A stretch of DNA of 64,000 bases from positions 17,732,001 through 17,796,000 of the forward strand of contig NC_042998.1 of assembly GCF_006345805.1 (NCBI RefSeq), given 5' to 3'. Shown piece after piece: positions 27,262-39,290 of the stretch (the stretch's first letter is position 1; every line of letters starts with the position of its first letter). A model generated the notes under the pieces. It saw nothing but the letters and a program-made list of their open reading frames with translations. It ran no database searches and was not told where the DNA came from. This DNA is from Octopus sinensis (taxonomy: Eukaryota). The position numbers were made by a program, and so were the translations under genes.

Positions 27262-27460
27262 TATATCTATATAATATAAAGTTAATCCAAAAACACAACA
27301 CGAGGACGTGGAACAATATAGTATTATTGGACGCTCAAGAAAGAAGGAAAGAAGGAGGGTTTGAACGTTTCGAGCGGAGCAATTCGTCGGAAACATGGAG
27401 AAGGAAAGATCCATAGAAGGGAAGACAGAGGAGAAAAAATCACCAAGGTACACAACGAGG
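27250..27460 (-). mobile_element. PLE-derived short element ending at (TA)n, carrying a hammerhead relic (27359-27394)
   Basis: Minus strand: GTTT CCGACGA A TTGC TCC GCTC GAAAC GT T CAAAC. Confidence 0.55.
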
Positions 27461-27760
27461 TCACATATATATATATTTATATATTATATATATATATATA
27501 TTATTTAATATATATTCTATATATATATGATATATATATATATCTATATATACTGTTGTGTCTGGGGAGAATCATTTTCTTTTTGTGGCTTATTATTCAA
27601 CACACTCACCGGTAAAATTTCCACTTATTTCTTATTTTTATTTTCCTAAAATTTTCGTTGCGTCTTGCAACCTTTTCAATAGACTTGACACTGTCCGTTA
27701 TTTACACTGCGTTCCTTTTTGTTTGTTTGTGCGCATGTGTGTGGGTCAGTGTGTGTGTCT

Positions 27761-27970
27761 GTGTGCCTATGCATGCATGCATGTACGTATGTATGTGTGC
27801 ATGTATGTATGCATGTGTATGTCTGTATATATGAGTGTGTATGTATATGTATATATGTATGTGTGTGCCTATGCATGCATGCATGTACGTATGTATGTGT
27901 GTATGTATGTATGCATGTGTATGTCTGTATATATGAGTGTGTATGCATATGTATATATGTATGTGTGTGC
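27761..27970. repeat. Tandem duplication, period 102 bp, of low-complexity sequence
   Basis: gtgtgcctatgcatgcatgcatgtacg starts at 27761 and at 27863. Confidence 0.85.
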
Positions 27971-28230
27971 ATCTGTATGTATGTATGTATGTTCCTGCAT
28001 ATTTATGTGCTTGCATGCCCGTGTTTTTGCATTTTCTATGTGTGTGTGTGAGCGTGTGTTTGTATATGCATGCACATCTGTCTCCTTGTGTGTGCATGTC
28101 TGTGTGTGTGTGTGTGTGTGTATTTTGCAACGGTGTACTATGTTTGTATGTATGAATGGATGGATGGATGGATGGATGGATGGATGGATGGATGAATGGA
28201 TGGATGGATGGATGGATGGATGGATGGATG

Positions 28231-28653
28231 GATGTGCATCTCTATATGCGTGGGTCCGTTTCTCTATATGTGTCCTTGTGTAGAGTAAAGTGTGTGTGTG
28301 TATATGGTCATGTGTTTCAGTCTCCATTTGCGTATGTGTGCTTGTCTGTTCTTACAACCTATGTACCTATCCGTCTCTATGTTGATCTGTTTATTGTCAT
28401 ATCCATATGCTTACATACATGTGTGTGTGTGGGTGTGAGCGTGTGTATGCATATGTTTTTTGTTTGTATGTAAGCATATGGATATGAAAATAAACAGATC
28501 AACATAGAGACGGATAGGTACATAGGTTGTAAGAACAGACAAGCACACATACGCAAATGGAGACTGAAACACATGACCATATACACACACACACTTTACT
28601 CTACACAAGGACACATATAGAGAAACGGATCCACGCATATAGAGATGCACATC
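28231..28653. repeat. Foldback inverted repeat (arms about 189 bp)
   Basis: 28231-28419 is the reverse complement of 28465-28653 with 2 visible mismatches. Confidence 0.92.
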
Positions 28654-28829
28654 TATCCATCCATCCATCCATACACACATACATACACACATACATACAT
28701 ACATACATACATACATACATACATGCATACATACATACATACATACATACATGCATACATACATGCAAACATGGTACATAGTTGCAAAACTATGTAACAT
28801 GTTTGTACATAGATGCAGACATGATTACA

Positions 28830-28902
<73 letters not shown>

Positions 28903-29004
28903 TCGGGGTGAGTACTTGATAATTATAAGCACCTGTGTATACCGTTTGGTGGTGTAGGTGGTGGAGTAAATTGATCAAAATAAAAACATGATGCCAAGGA
29001 TTCA

Positions 29005-29082
29005 GCGGTACATATGTTTCGGGCCTTTATTAGACAGATTTATAACAATGCATAATGTATGTCTGTGGCCTTCTTCAGCCGC
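29005..29082 (-). ncRNA. Minimal type I hammerhead ribozyme
   Basis: GCGG CUGAAGA A GGCC ACAGA..UCUGU..GGCC C GAAA CAUAUG UA CCGC: stem I 4 bp, intact core, palindromic stem III, GUA cleavage site. Confidence 0.8.
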
Positions 29083-29250
29083 GCACAACAGCTTCCGCAA
29101 GGACATGTGTTACATCAAAAATTCTTGGTTGGGGATGCAAATCCTCTCATTCGCGTACGACATAATGCGGCAGCAGCATAGAATTGAAGCGTCCATCTCT
29201 TTCTTCTCTCAATGTTGATGTAACACATGTCCTTGTGGAAGCTGTTGTGG

Positions 29251-29328
29251 GCGGCTGAAGAAGGCCACAGACATACATTATGCATTGTTATAAATCTGTC
29301 TAATAAAGGCCCTAAACATATGTACCGC
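29251..29328 (+). ncRNA. Inverted hammerhead copy with core mutation (GAAA to TAAA at 29313)
   Basis: Same fold as 29005-29082 except the G12 position. Confidence 0.7.
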
Positions 29329-29478
29329 TGAATCCTTCGCATCATGTTTTATATATATATATATATATATAGAAATTCGGGGTGAGTACTTGATAATTAT
29401 AAGCACCTGTGTATACCGTTTGGTGGTGTAGGTGGTGGAGTAAATTGATCAAAATAAAAACATGATGCCAAGGATTCA

Positions 29479-29556
29479 GCGGTACATATGTTTCGGGCCT
29501 TTATTAGACAGATTTATAACAATGCATAATGTATGTCTGTGGCCTTCTTCAGCCGC
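29479..29556 (-). ncRNA. Minimal type I hammerhead ribozyme (third copy)
   Basis: Identical to 29005-29082 as read. Confidence 0.8.
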
Positions 29557-30557
29557 GCACAACAGCTTCCGCAAGGACATGTGTTACATCAAAAATTATT
29601 GGTTGGGGATGCAAATTCTCTCATTCGCGTACGACATAATGCGGCAACAGCATAGAATTGAAGCGTCCATCTCTTTCTTCCCTCAATGTAGAATGAGGAA
29701 ATGTAAATAAATAAATACATATATAGACGTGAAGATGGAGGGGCGAGAATTCAGGACGAGGGATAAAAAATGTATAGAAAGTGTAAGTATAGAAAAATAT
29801 AAAATTGTAGAGTATAAAGATATAAAGGGATATAAGGAGATGTAAAGGGGATATAAAGAATATAAAGAAACATAAAGAAATATAAATGAATGTAAAGGCA
29901 TAAGGTTATAAAGTAAAAATATAAATAGAAATAAAAGTAAAAAGTAAAAAAATAAAAATAGGAATAAACATGATAAAAATGTAAAAAAATATAAAGATAA
30001 GGGATGTATAGAGGTTACGGACCAAACATGGTGGTCAGGAGATTGATAAAATTTATTTGTAGAAGTTTTGGGTGTCAATAAATCAACAGGGTCATCTGGG
30101 GACCTAGTGTGTTGTAAATCAGAGCTGTTGAGCGTTTAATCTAGTTCTTTGAATTAATTGGTCATCTTGTACATACATACCATCATGGATACATACACCC
30201 ATATACACGCGCACATATACGCGCGCATACACGGCTCCAAGCCTATAAGCATACACACGCACTCACGTGTAAACATGTACATAAACACACATACACCCAC
30301 ACGCACGCACGTATATATACATACATACAACAGAATATCCGCATATATACACGGATATTATACGTGTACACACCCATATATACATACGTGCGTCCATCCT
30401 TACATACACATACACATATGCCCACGCTTCCAGGTTTAGATATAAGATATTAAAGGATGTATATAAGAACGCATGTAAAAGAATCACGCACTCACGTCTA
30501 CACGCGCACGCACACACGGCTGTGTGTCACATACACACACAGAGAAATTTTCAATAA

Positions 30558-31685
30558 TCACGCACAACACTACAACCTGCTCTCTATAGTGCTGGGTATA
30601 ACCAGAGAATATCATATGTAGACCACCCGGGAACGTCCGTCGGCCATAAAACTCCCAATTATAATCGAACCCCGCACTCAACTCATACTAACGATAATCC
30701 TAATTTAAACTCCAAACAACGTATAGGAAATAGGCGAACTAATAGAATAGCACACAATAGTAACCCTCCCGACGAGAGCAATATAGATCCTATTAGGAGA
30801 AATAGAAGGGATAATAGTAGATTACGCAAATATATATGGTTCAACATACCATACAACTTAGCAGTTAGGGGTAAGTTATGTAAGAGAATATTCTCTATCA
30901 TTTCCAACAACTTCCCACCCACCCATAAGTATAGAAGTATCTTCTCCAACAAAACTATTAGGATTTCCTACTCTACCCTGCCCAACATGAGCTGCCTCAT
31001 AGCTAAACATAACTATATTAATATTAGAACAGCTAGATCAAGAGCAAGCTATAGCGACCAACCGAACCCCCCTCATCCAGATAGTAGACAATATAATCAG
31101 ACTGGCAGCCATATCACCCAAACAGTTAGTAATAACACCCGCCAACACAACAGAGGCAATACTACACCCATCAACAACCAGGAGGATATCAACGCCCCCA
31201 CTTGTATTGCAAAACCTCCGCCTGGGATTAGCAGCACACGACCGAATAATGCAATGCACTGCAACTGCATATGTGCAACCGAGTGTCCGCTACAGGGCGC
31301 ATGTAGGGCGAAAAACGTAATATATTCATGTGAGGTGAGTATCCAGTTTAACACACTCACCTACATAGGTTGCTCAACCTCCTGGAAATCCAGATACTAC
31401 AACCACCGGTCCTCGCTGAAACACAGACATAAGGCTAACAGCACCTCCCTTTCTAAAAAAATTTGGGAATTAAAAGACAAATGCATAGGCTTCAAACTCA
31501 GGTGGTCCATCATCGGATCAGCTGCACCTTATTTAAATAATAGAGCAGGATGCCAACTATGTTGTGTAGAACTCCTGAACATCTTGAAATTCAAAGACAA
31601 ACACAATCTTATTAACAAAAGGTCAGAGTTCAAACCATCCTGTATACACAAACTTATTAATACTTTCAAATACTACAAAGCTTAG
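30558..31685 (+). CDS. 5'-truncated Penelope-like element ORF: RT thumb, linker and GIY-YIG endonuclease (376 open codons)
   Basis: Frame is open upstream of the listed ATG to a TAA at 30555. Motifs: ALYSAGY, KYIWFNIPY, FPPTHKYRSIFSNKTIRISYSTLPNM, CNC..CPLQGAC..VIY..YIG..RYYNH, CQLC, LINKRSE..CIH. Confidence 0.85.
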   Translation, partial: SRTTLQPALYSAGYNQRISYVDHPGTSVGHKTPNYNRTPHSTHTNDNPNLNSKQRIGNRRTNRIAHNSNPPDESNIDPIRRNRRDNSRLRKYIWFNIPYNLAVRGKLCKRIFSIISNNFPPTHKYRSIFSNKTIRISYSTLPNMSCLIAKHNYINIRTARSRASYSDQPNPPHPDSRQYNQTGSHITQTVSNNTRQHNRGNTTPINNQEDINAPTCIAKPPPGISSTRPNNAMHCNCICATECPLQGACRAKNVIYSCEVSIQFNTLTYIGCSTSWKSRYYNHRSSLKHRHKANSTSLSKKIWELKDKCIGFKLRWSIIGSAAPYLNNRAGCQLCCVELLNILKFKDKHNLINKRSEFKPSCIHKLINTFKYYKA

Positions 31686-31835
31686 GTTATTATACCAACT
31701 CCCCCATGCAATTTCCTCCCACCCGGTGCAACCTGTCGGCTCCAGCACATCCCGCTTTCCTATATGTGCGTGTATATGTGTATATGTGTGCGTATATATA
31801 TGTATGTGCACATATGTGTATGTATATGTATATAT

Positions 31836-31884
<49 letters not shown>

Positions 31885-32734
31885 ATATATGTTTCCCTGC
31901 ATTTTCCTCCCATATATACACATTTTGTCTCCCATATATGTTTTTTTCCCTACATATTTCTTCTCCTACACCCATATCCTTCCTATATTGTCTCTTTATT
32001 TCCTTATATCTATACCCTTTCGCATTTCTAACTCGGATGTTGAACGCACACCGCCAAACTCCACTTCCCACCCTTCCAATTTTCAGTTCCCCCCGCCCGC
32101 CCCTACGTGGGCACCTTTAACACACACCTCTAACTTTCAACCACCTTCATCTCATGTTAAACTTTACCAGATTATATTTTTATTTTATTTTATTTTTATT
32201 TTTACTTTTATTTTGCTTTATCCTATTCTACTTCGCTTTACCTTTATTCTCATTTTTATTTTCATCCCTTATCTTAATTCTTATAATTTTTATAATTTTT
32301 ATATTTCATTTCTAACTTTTACATTGTATTTCTTATTTTATATTGTATTTCTTACTTTTATTTCTAATTTTTACTCTTACCCTCATTCTTACCCCTAACT
32401 TATCGCTTTATATCTCTATATATGTCTATTTTTTTTGCTTATCCCTTATTTACTTACCTATGGATCCGCTTTATGATTATACGAGCGTCCGTGTACGTAT
32501 GTATACGTATACATATGTGTACATATGTACGGGTAAACATCTACGTCTGGATGTGCATACCCCGTATTTCTTTACATTTTTTTACATGTTTTCTTATATT
32601 CATATGTTTACACCTATTTGTATACATCTTTTAATATCTTATAGCTATACCCATATGCGCGTATGTCTCTGTGTGTGTATGTGAGTGTGTATATGTGCAC
32701 GCACATATGGACACACAGCCGTGTGTGCGTGCGC

Positions 32735-32809
<75 letters not shown>

Positions 32810-32811
<2 letters not shown>

Positions 32812-32938
32812 GGGAAGGTTTAAGAAAATAAACAAAAGACGAAGGCAGGTGGAGTACAAACAAACAAATGTATTAGTATGGCGCTCAGGAATAGAAATAG
32901 AACTAGTCTTTTACGTTTCGAGCCTACGCTCTTCGACA
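32810..32938 (-). mobile_element. PLE-derived mini-element with hammerhead truncated in the core
   Basis: Minus strand: TGTCGA A GAGC GTAG GCTC GAAAC GT A AAAG; homologous to 58570-58745; bounded by (TA)n. Confidence 0.7.
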
Positions 32939-32941
32939 TTC

Positions 32942-32979
<38 letters not shown>

Positions 32980-33559
32980 TCAATGACATACATTACGCTT
33001 TTTCTCAAATTTTAAGTCGTCATTCGAAGTTTCTAGAAAACATTAAAACTTTGCTTTTATGCAGCTAAATATATCCCTTTTGTTAAAGAAAGAAATAATA
33101 TACACATTGCAATATATATTTGGCCTATAATACAGCTAGATATATTGAAACTTTCTTTGATAATTACTTCATGTAATTTAATGAGACATTACGTAAATGC
33201 ACTCTATTATGCAACGTCAATCAATTAGAGAATAAACGTAATTTGTTGAAAGATATATTCGTATTCTTTATCTAATATAAAATGCAAAACAATCTGAATA
33301 TGAGAGAATAAATAAGAACAGAGATATTTATGTTGGAATTATTATTATTCTTTTTGTTATAAACGCCATCGAAAATTGAGTGCTTTGCATTCCTTTTACG
33401 AACTATAGCAATTCATTGATTTATGGAATTGAGTGTTAATTTCCGACCTCCCTTGTCTTAATTTTGTCGCGTATCCGAAAGGATTTCCATGTATACAAAT
33501 ATTTGTTTTGTTGTTTATTACATATTTATATACTCTTTTGTTACAGTCCTTGCTTTTTC

Positions 33560-34055
33560 TCCTGATAACTCGTCCTTTTTCACTGTTCAGTGTTGTTTTT
33601 TCTACTGGTCTCTTTCTCTCGTGTTCGTGTTCGCATTCTTGATCGTCTTTAATATCTGACCAGTTATTCCCTGTACCATACGCTGGTTTAAACCACCAAT
33701 TGCAACAATATTATGGGCAGTTGTCGACGTCATGATGATATTTGACCGATAACTGAAGACTGTTTCACGTCCATTGTGTTTTTCCCCGCTTTGCGTATGT
33801 CCTTTTGCAGTGTCATATTTTATGATGTTTGTGTGTGTTTGTGTGTGTGTGTTGTGTGTGTGCGTGCGTATGTATGCATATATATATATACCTTCGAAAC
33901 ACGCATGGAGTCGAACCGGGGACAGCTGATGAAGGGGAATGTTCCTTGTGTTGTTTGTCTTGTGCTCTGTTTTTTCGTTGTTAAAAAAAGTCCGTTTCCA
34001 TGTTTTTATGTTTTCGTTTCTCGTTGAGTTCTACGTCTATTTCTGGTGTCCTGTA

Positions 34056-34058
<3 letters not shown>
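33560..34058 (+). mobile_element. Probable PLE-derived non-coding element ending at (TA)n
   Basis: T-rich UTR-like sequence with CTGATGAAGG and CGAAAC motifs; terminates directly in (TA)n like the other mini-elements. Confidence 0.35.
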
Positions 34059-34114
<56 letters not shown>

Positions 34115-34980
34115 ATTTACATGTAGATGTAGGTACGTACATATATGTATGTATGCATATATTTTATTTATTAAATTATTATATGTATATATGCATATAT
34201 AATCCACACGCACACATGCATATATACATGCATTTGTATATACTTGTATACACATGTATGTATAAATATATTTGTTTGTGTGTCTCTATGTGTGTGCGTG
34301 TGTGTGTGTGTAAATAACGTGTGATCTGCGAAGTAGTAGTTCCAGGTCTCTGAAGCTACTAAATTTCTTGTGTATATAACCATTGGCTACTTGTTTCTCT
34401 GGAATTAATTAACTTAAGGGTTGAAAATCTCCGGAGAAATAGTTAAATTTTGCCCCGTTTATATATAGTTGATCGAAGGAATAGCTTCGAGTCTCTTTTC
34501 AACTCACTGCTGGGACACATGAAAATGAATAATCCAGATTTCTTCGATAACATGATTCATGAAATGAGCTTAAGCTCTGAAAGACACCCTGGTGTTTTTA
34601 TTTTTAGTGATTCTCGTTAAGATATGCATGAAGACTGAAGCAAAATCATAACAAATACATTTCGCCTGAGCTACATTACGTCTGAAATTTAGAAGATGGC
34701 ATAAAATTTTCAATTCATGAACGAGAAACAGGCTGCAAGTTAAAAAACTACAGGTCTATCTCTCTGATTTTATACATCAACAAATTTACGTAATAAATTG
34801 TCAGCGGGAAACATTACTTTATGAATGGAATTTTATTCGCATACTGAAACGCAGCACAGCTTTCAGGAAGGAACAGCTTCATACTCCCACTATCACGTTA
34901 TGACATGGTTTTCAATTAGAAGAACAGTCATTCAAGCATGGTTGTGCCATACATCATGTTTTTTTTCCATAAAGTTGATA

Positions 34981-35400
34981 GGCGCAGGAGTGGCTGTGTG
35001 GTAAGTAGCTTGCTTACCAGCCACATTGTTCCGGGTTCAGTCCCACTGCGTAGCATCTTGGGCAAGTGTCTTCTGCTATAGCCCCGGGCCGACCAATGCC
35101 TTGTGAGTGGATTTGGTAGACGGAAACTGAAAGAAGCCTGTCGTATATATGTATATATATATATATATATATATCTGTGTGTGTATATGTTTGTGTGTCT
35201 GTGCTTGTCCCCTAGCATTGCTTGACAACCGATGCTGGTGTGTTTATGTCGCCGTCACTTAGCAGTTCGGCAAAAAGAGACCGATAGAATAAGTACTGGG
35301 CTTACAAAGAATAAGTCCCGGGGTTGATCTGCTCGACTAAAGGCGGTGCTCTAGCATGGCCGCAGTCAAATGACTGAAACAAGTAAAAGAGTAAAGAGTA
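34981..35400 (+). mobile_element. Full-length tRNA-derived SINE with long flanking direct repeat
   Basis: TGGCTGTGTGG A box, ggttcagtccc B box, AAAGAGT tail; 34882-34980 is repeated at 35417-35515. Confidence 0.93.
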
Positions 35401-36179
35401 TACGGAAAAGCAGCACTACTCCCACTATCACGTTATGACATGGTTTTCAAATAGAAGAACAGTCATTCAAGCATGGTTGTGCCATACATCATGTTTTTTT
35501 TCCATAAAGTTGATAATGCTTTGATAAATCACGAATTCGTAAACTCGACATTATTGTGTAATTCGGTGAGTAGCTGAATTATTTCGTTAGAAGATAGCAA
35601 TCATGTATCTTCAGCAAACGGTGTTTTCCTCGTTGATAGAGGCGACAGTAGCCTTGAGTTGAGTCCCGAAAGAAATTAAAATGGGAACATTATTGGTATA
35701 ATGACTCTCCCTAACGCAACAAAATTTCATTTTTTTATTGGCTCTCTTGGGACAAACGCTCCGTCATACAAAATGCCAATCTCACCAGATATTAGGTGAA
35801 AGAAAAGTGTCATAAGCATTCAAGTAACCTGATGTTGCCACAATCTACAGTGACACCCAAACGCAAGATAAACCGCATTCAGATCACACAGGCTCAGAAC
35901 TACACTAGCACAGTCACAATCACTGCGGGACTTTGAAATCCGTTCGAATATTGAGGATTCATTCCATGTACATATGAAAATGATAGCAACAATCTACAGG
36001 TGACACGCTAGCTGGTTTTATAGTTATTCGTATCAAAGGAACAGAAAACTGTTCATTTTGTGGAAGATATATGCTCCTAGACGTCACATATATTACCTCT
36101 AATTATGGTTGCTCTATGTAATTGTGTTCGCTTGGGTCCGGGAAAGAGGGTTCTGCAATCTCTTGCTCAGCAACCTGTA

Positions 36180-36412
36180 CAGATGGCTTGTTTATAGTGG
36201 TCAATTGTTCGCGCTGCTCATTAACTCACTCTCTCCCTGAAATCGATATTACCTTTACAGATGCACGGTCTGTCACGTGTCAGGTGTCGAAGTGATCAAG
36301 AAACGTGAGATAAACTGTTGTGCTCAAGAACACAAAGTACCACACTGTCTAGGAGTTGAATCCACGAGCTGGCGTTTGTGAGTGGAACATCCAAACCACT
36401 GAACCATGCATC
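36180..36412 (-). mobile_element. SINE, strongly diverged
   Basis: Reverse-strand tggttcagtgg head and cttgagcacaaca core. Confidence 0.55.
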
Positions 36413-36656
36413 GTTACTGTGATCGCTATATAGGTTAAAATTAATGACAGAACTTCAGGCTGTCCAGTGCTGTTATACAAAGAGGTTTCCTTAGAAGCGA
36501 CCAACAAATTTTGGTGGAGGTTGAACAACCTGAAGCTCTACTTCCCAGAAAAATACATGGAAATTTTGCAATGTTATATATATATATATCTTTATATATA
36601 CGTGATATATGTATGTATACGCATGTATACACACATAAAAACATGGGTGGGTGTGT

Positions 36657-36719
<63 letters not shown>

Positions 36720-38294
36720 TGTAAGGCAGGATCAACCAGGTATCATCGGTGCGAAACTTTGGGACAGAGATCTATACCAATCCATAATAAATCTAAGTCA
36801 CTGCATAGTCCCAAAAGTAGTAACACCTGGTATATCTAGTGTTAGGAGCCAATACCATAACATTTTACGTATCAAACGTCCAGATCTTTAATACCTGGGT
36901 CTAAAATATTTGCAAGTTCTGGATGTAGGTGTTTTCAAAACTACCTGATCCTATTGATATTCTAAAATCAATTGCGAACCTACGTGACAACGAGAAACGC
37001 GACTGAGGACCGCTACACCATTCACCAAAGTTAACGTCTGAGACAACGTTGTAGAAATAAATTGAAAGCAACATTATTTGTTCCATTTGCGTATATACGA
37101 ATCTCAAAAACTAGAGGTAGTAAAACGTATGTTCATACACACTCATATCACCTATCTCGCTAAATTCGAGATTGTCTTGCTCAAAGCGATAACAAAGCTG
37201 TATAAGTATTTTTTTTCGTGTGTTGTTTGTTTTAAAAAAGCACGTGTTTTAAATCGCTCTGGGACAATGGTTTATTACTGTGTTCTATTGCATGAAGAAT
37301 GTTCTTATTGAATTATTTGTAGACAGGCAACTTTCAGGACTTGTGACGCTAGTGCTATACATATGTGGTGGAAAAAGGTCTGCTTTTAGACATATTTTTA
37401 TAATTTTGTTCTTACGTTAATGCCATTATACTTTCAAGTTCTAGAGCAATAGCAGCCAGCCTCAAGAAATTTATCATTGAAGATAATAACGAAGATTGCA
37501 AATATAAAATAGAAAGAAAAACTCAATTAAACCAACAGAAAGTGACATTATGCCAAATGGAAAAATAACGCAATTTTAACGAATAAAACCATGAATTTAC
37601 ATGACCCAAACAAATATATTTGCAACAACAATATTTTCATCGCGTTACCGGCCAAATGGAATTATGAGAAATTACTGAATTGCCAGAGGATATGATAATT
37701 TCTGCGCGGCATGTATCTAAATTTCCTTCTTGTCTGATGATTTATTCAAAAATGGATAAAGAGAACAATGAACTATCTTTCATTCAAGAATGACAAACAA
37801 GGTTTCTAATTCTCTAAGAAATTGCAGCTGATAAAACATTTCAGTAATTACACAACTATGGTTCCTTTAATATTCTGGATATGGCTTAGGGAAACGTGTT
37901 TGTGGGACTCGAAATTAAATATGTGGCGGAAAAAAGAGACCCGAGTCACAACATATCTGCTTATAAGCTGATGCACAAACGCACAGAACAACGCAATAAA
38001 GCTGAGTGCATTAGTGGTAATGTTGATCATTATTTCCTTGTCATTATTGCACCAGGCTCTGTAGAGTTTGTGAGCTGTAAGATGCCTATAATATGGCAGT
38101 TGACGTGGTAGCTAAGTATCGACACACAAATCCAGATAATCAACTAACGAGCTTCCCTTGAATTGTAACACAGAAATGTGATGGCTGAGAATACAAAGAC
38201 GAATCGATACACGCATGATCGTCTGTAAAAGACAACTGAGGTGCTTTTTGCTAAAAGAGCTTGAAATGCATAAAAGAAAAGAGAATGAACGATA

Positions 38295-38459
38295 GGCGCA
38301 GGAGTGGCTGTGTGGTAAGTAGCTTGTTTACCAACCACATGGTTCCGGGTTCAGTCCCACTGCGTGGCACCTTGGGCAAGTGTCTTCTACTATAGCCCCG
38401 GGCCGACCAAAGCCTTGTGAGTGGATTTGGTAGACGGAAACTGAAAGAAGCCCGTCGTA

Positions 38460-38497
<38 letters not shown>

Positions 38498-38721
38498 TGT
38501 GTGTGTTTGTGTGTCTGTGTTTTTGTCCCTCTAGCATTGCTTGACAACCGATGCTGGTGTGTTTATGTCCCCGTTACTTAGCGGTTCAGCAAAAGAGGCC
38601 GATAGAATAAGTACTGGGCTTACAAAAAGAATAAGTCCCGGGGTCGAGTTGCTCGACTAAAGGTGGTGCTCCAGCATGGCCGCAGTCAAATGACTGAAAC
38701 AAGTAAAAGAGCAAAAGAGTA
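38295..38721 (+). mobile_element. Full-length tRNA-derived SINE
   Basis: Same family as 34981. Confidence 0.93.
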
Positions 38722-38739
38722 TAGTACAGAAAATGAATA

Positions 38740-39290
38740 AGGCAATTGCAAGTCACAGAAACGACCGCTTTCAAAATACAAACTGCTGCGGGCAATTTTA
38801 AAACGTGCTTCTGTTCAGCGCTTCATGACACTATTGAACGGCATGGATTTGCCTCTCCAGTTTCTCACCGACTTTTCTGTGTAATTTTGCCTTCTGCCAA
38901 CGCCTTATAATAAATTATTGTAGTATTGATCGACTCGATATGCCTAATGTCCGACACAAGCCAATGAATCTGACTGATAAACACGTGTCACTGTAGACAG
39001 CAGCAACATCAACACTACCGCCAAAGATAGCCGCCAACTATTTGCAGTCTATCTTCTCAAAGATTTTCGATTGATCTAAGTTTATGAAGATCTTACTCAT
39101 GCCATGTTCCTTAACTACCCTTCTGGCGTGCTTCGAATTCTGTGAACATTCTAGTGGGAGGATATTTTAGGTATGGCGTGTGTTTGTGAATAACCAATCA
39201 GACAGCAGAAACAAGCGCCAAAATCTTCTGATAACACTTTGAGCCTAGCAGATGTATAAGCCTAAATGTACGTATGTCGTGCCCCACGTT
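38740..39290 (-). mobile_element. Tx1/L1-like LINE RT relic
   Basis: Hand translation IFINLDQSKIFEKIDCK*LAAI matches the L1/Tx1 'LDQSKAFDRVDH' motif; shares ctggagagg.aa.tccatgccgt with the 44990-46030 relic. Confidence 0.55.

Larger units (their letters stand above)
28898..29688 (-). mobile_element. PLE pseudo-LTR-like cassette: direct copy / inverted partial copy / direct copy
   Basis: 28898-29214 and 29372-29688 are 317-bp copies with 4 differences; 29215-29350 is an inverted copy of about 28983-29118. Confidence 0.85.

Noticed and set aside
30558-31685. Selenocysteine recoding as reported for some Naiad PLEs
   Set aside because: No in-frame TGA in the open frame, which ends in TAG
33890-33945. 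GAAAC...GTC...CTGATGAAGG as a type II hammerhead
   Set aside because: Stems I and III do not pair in this copy
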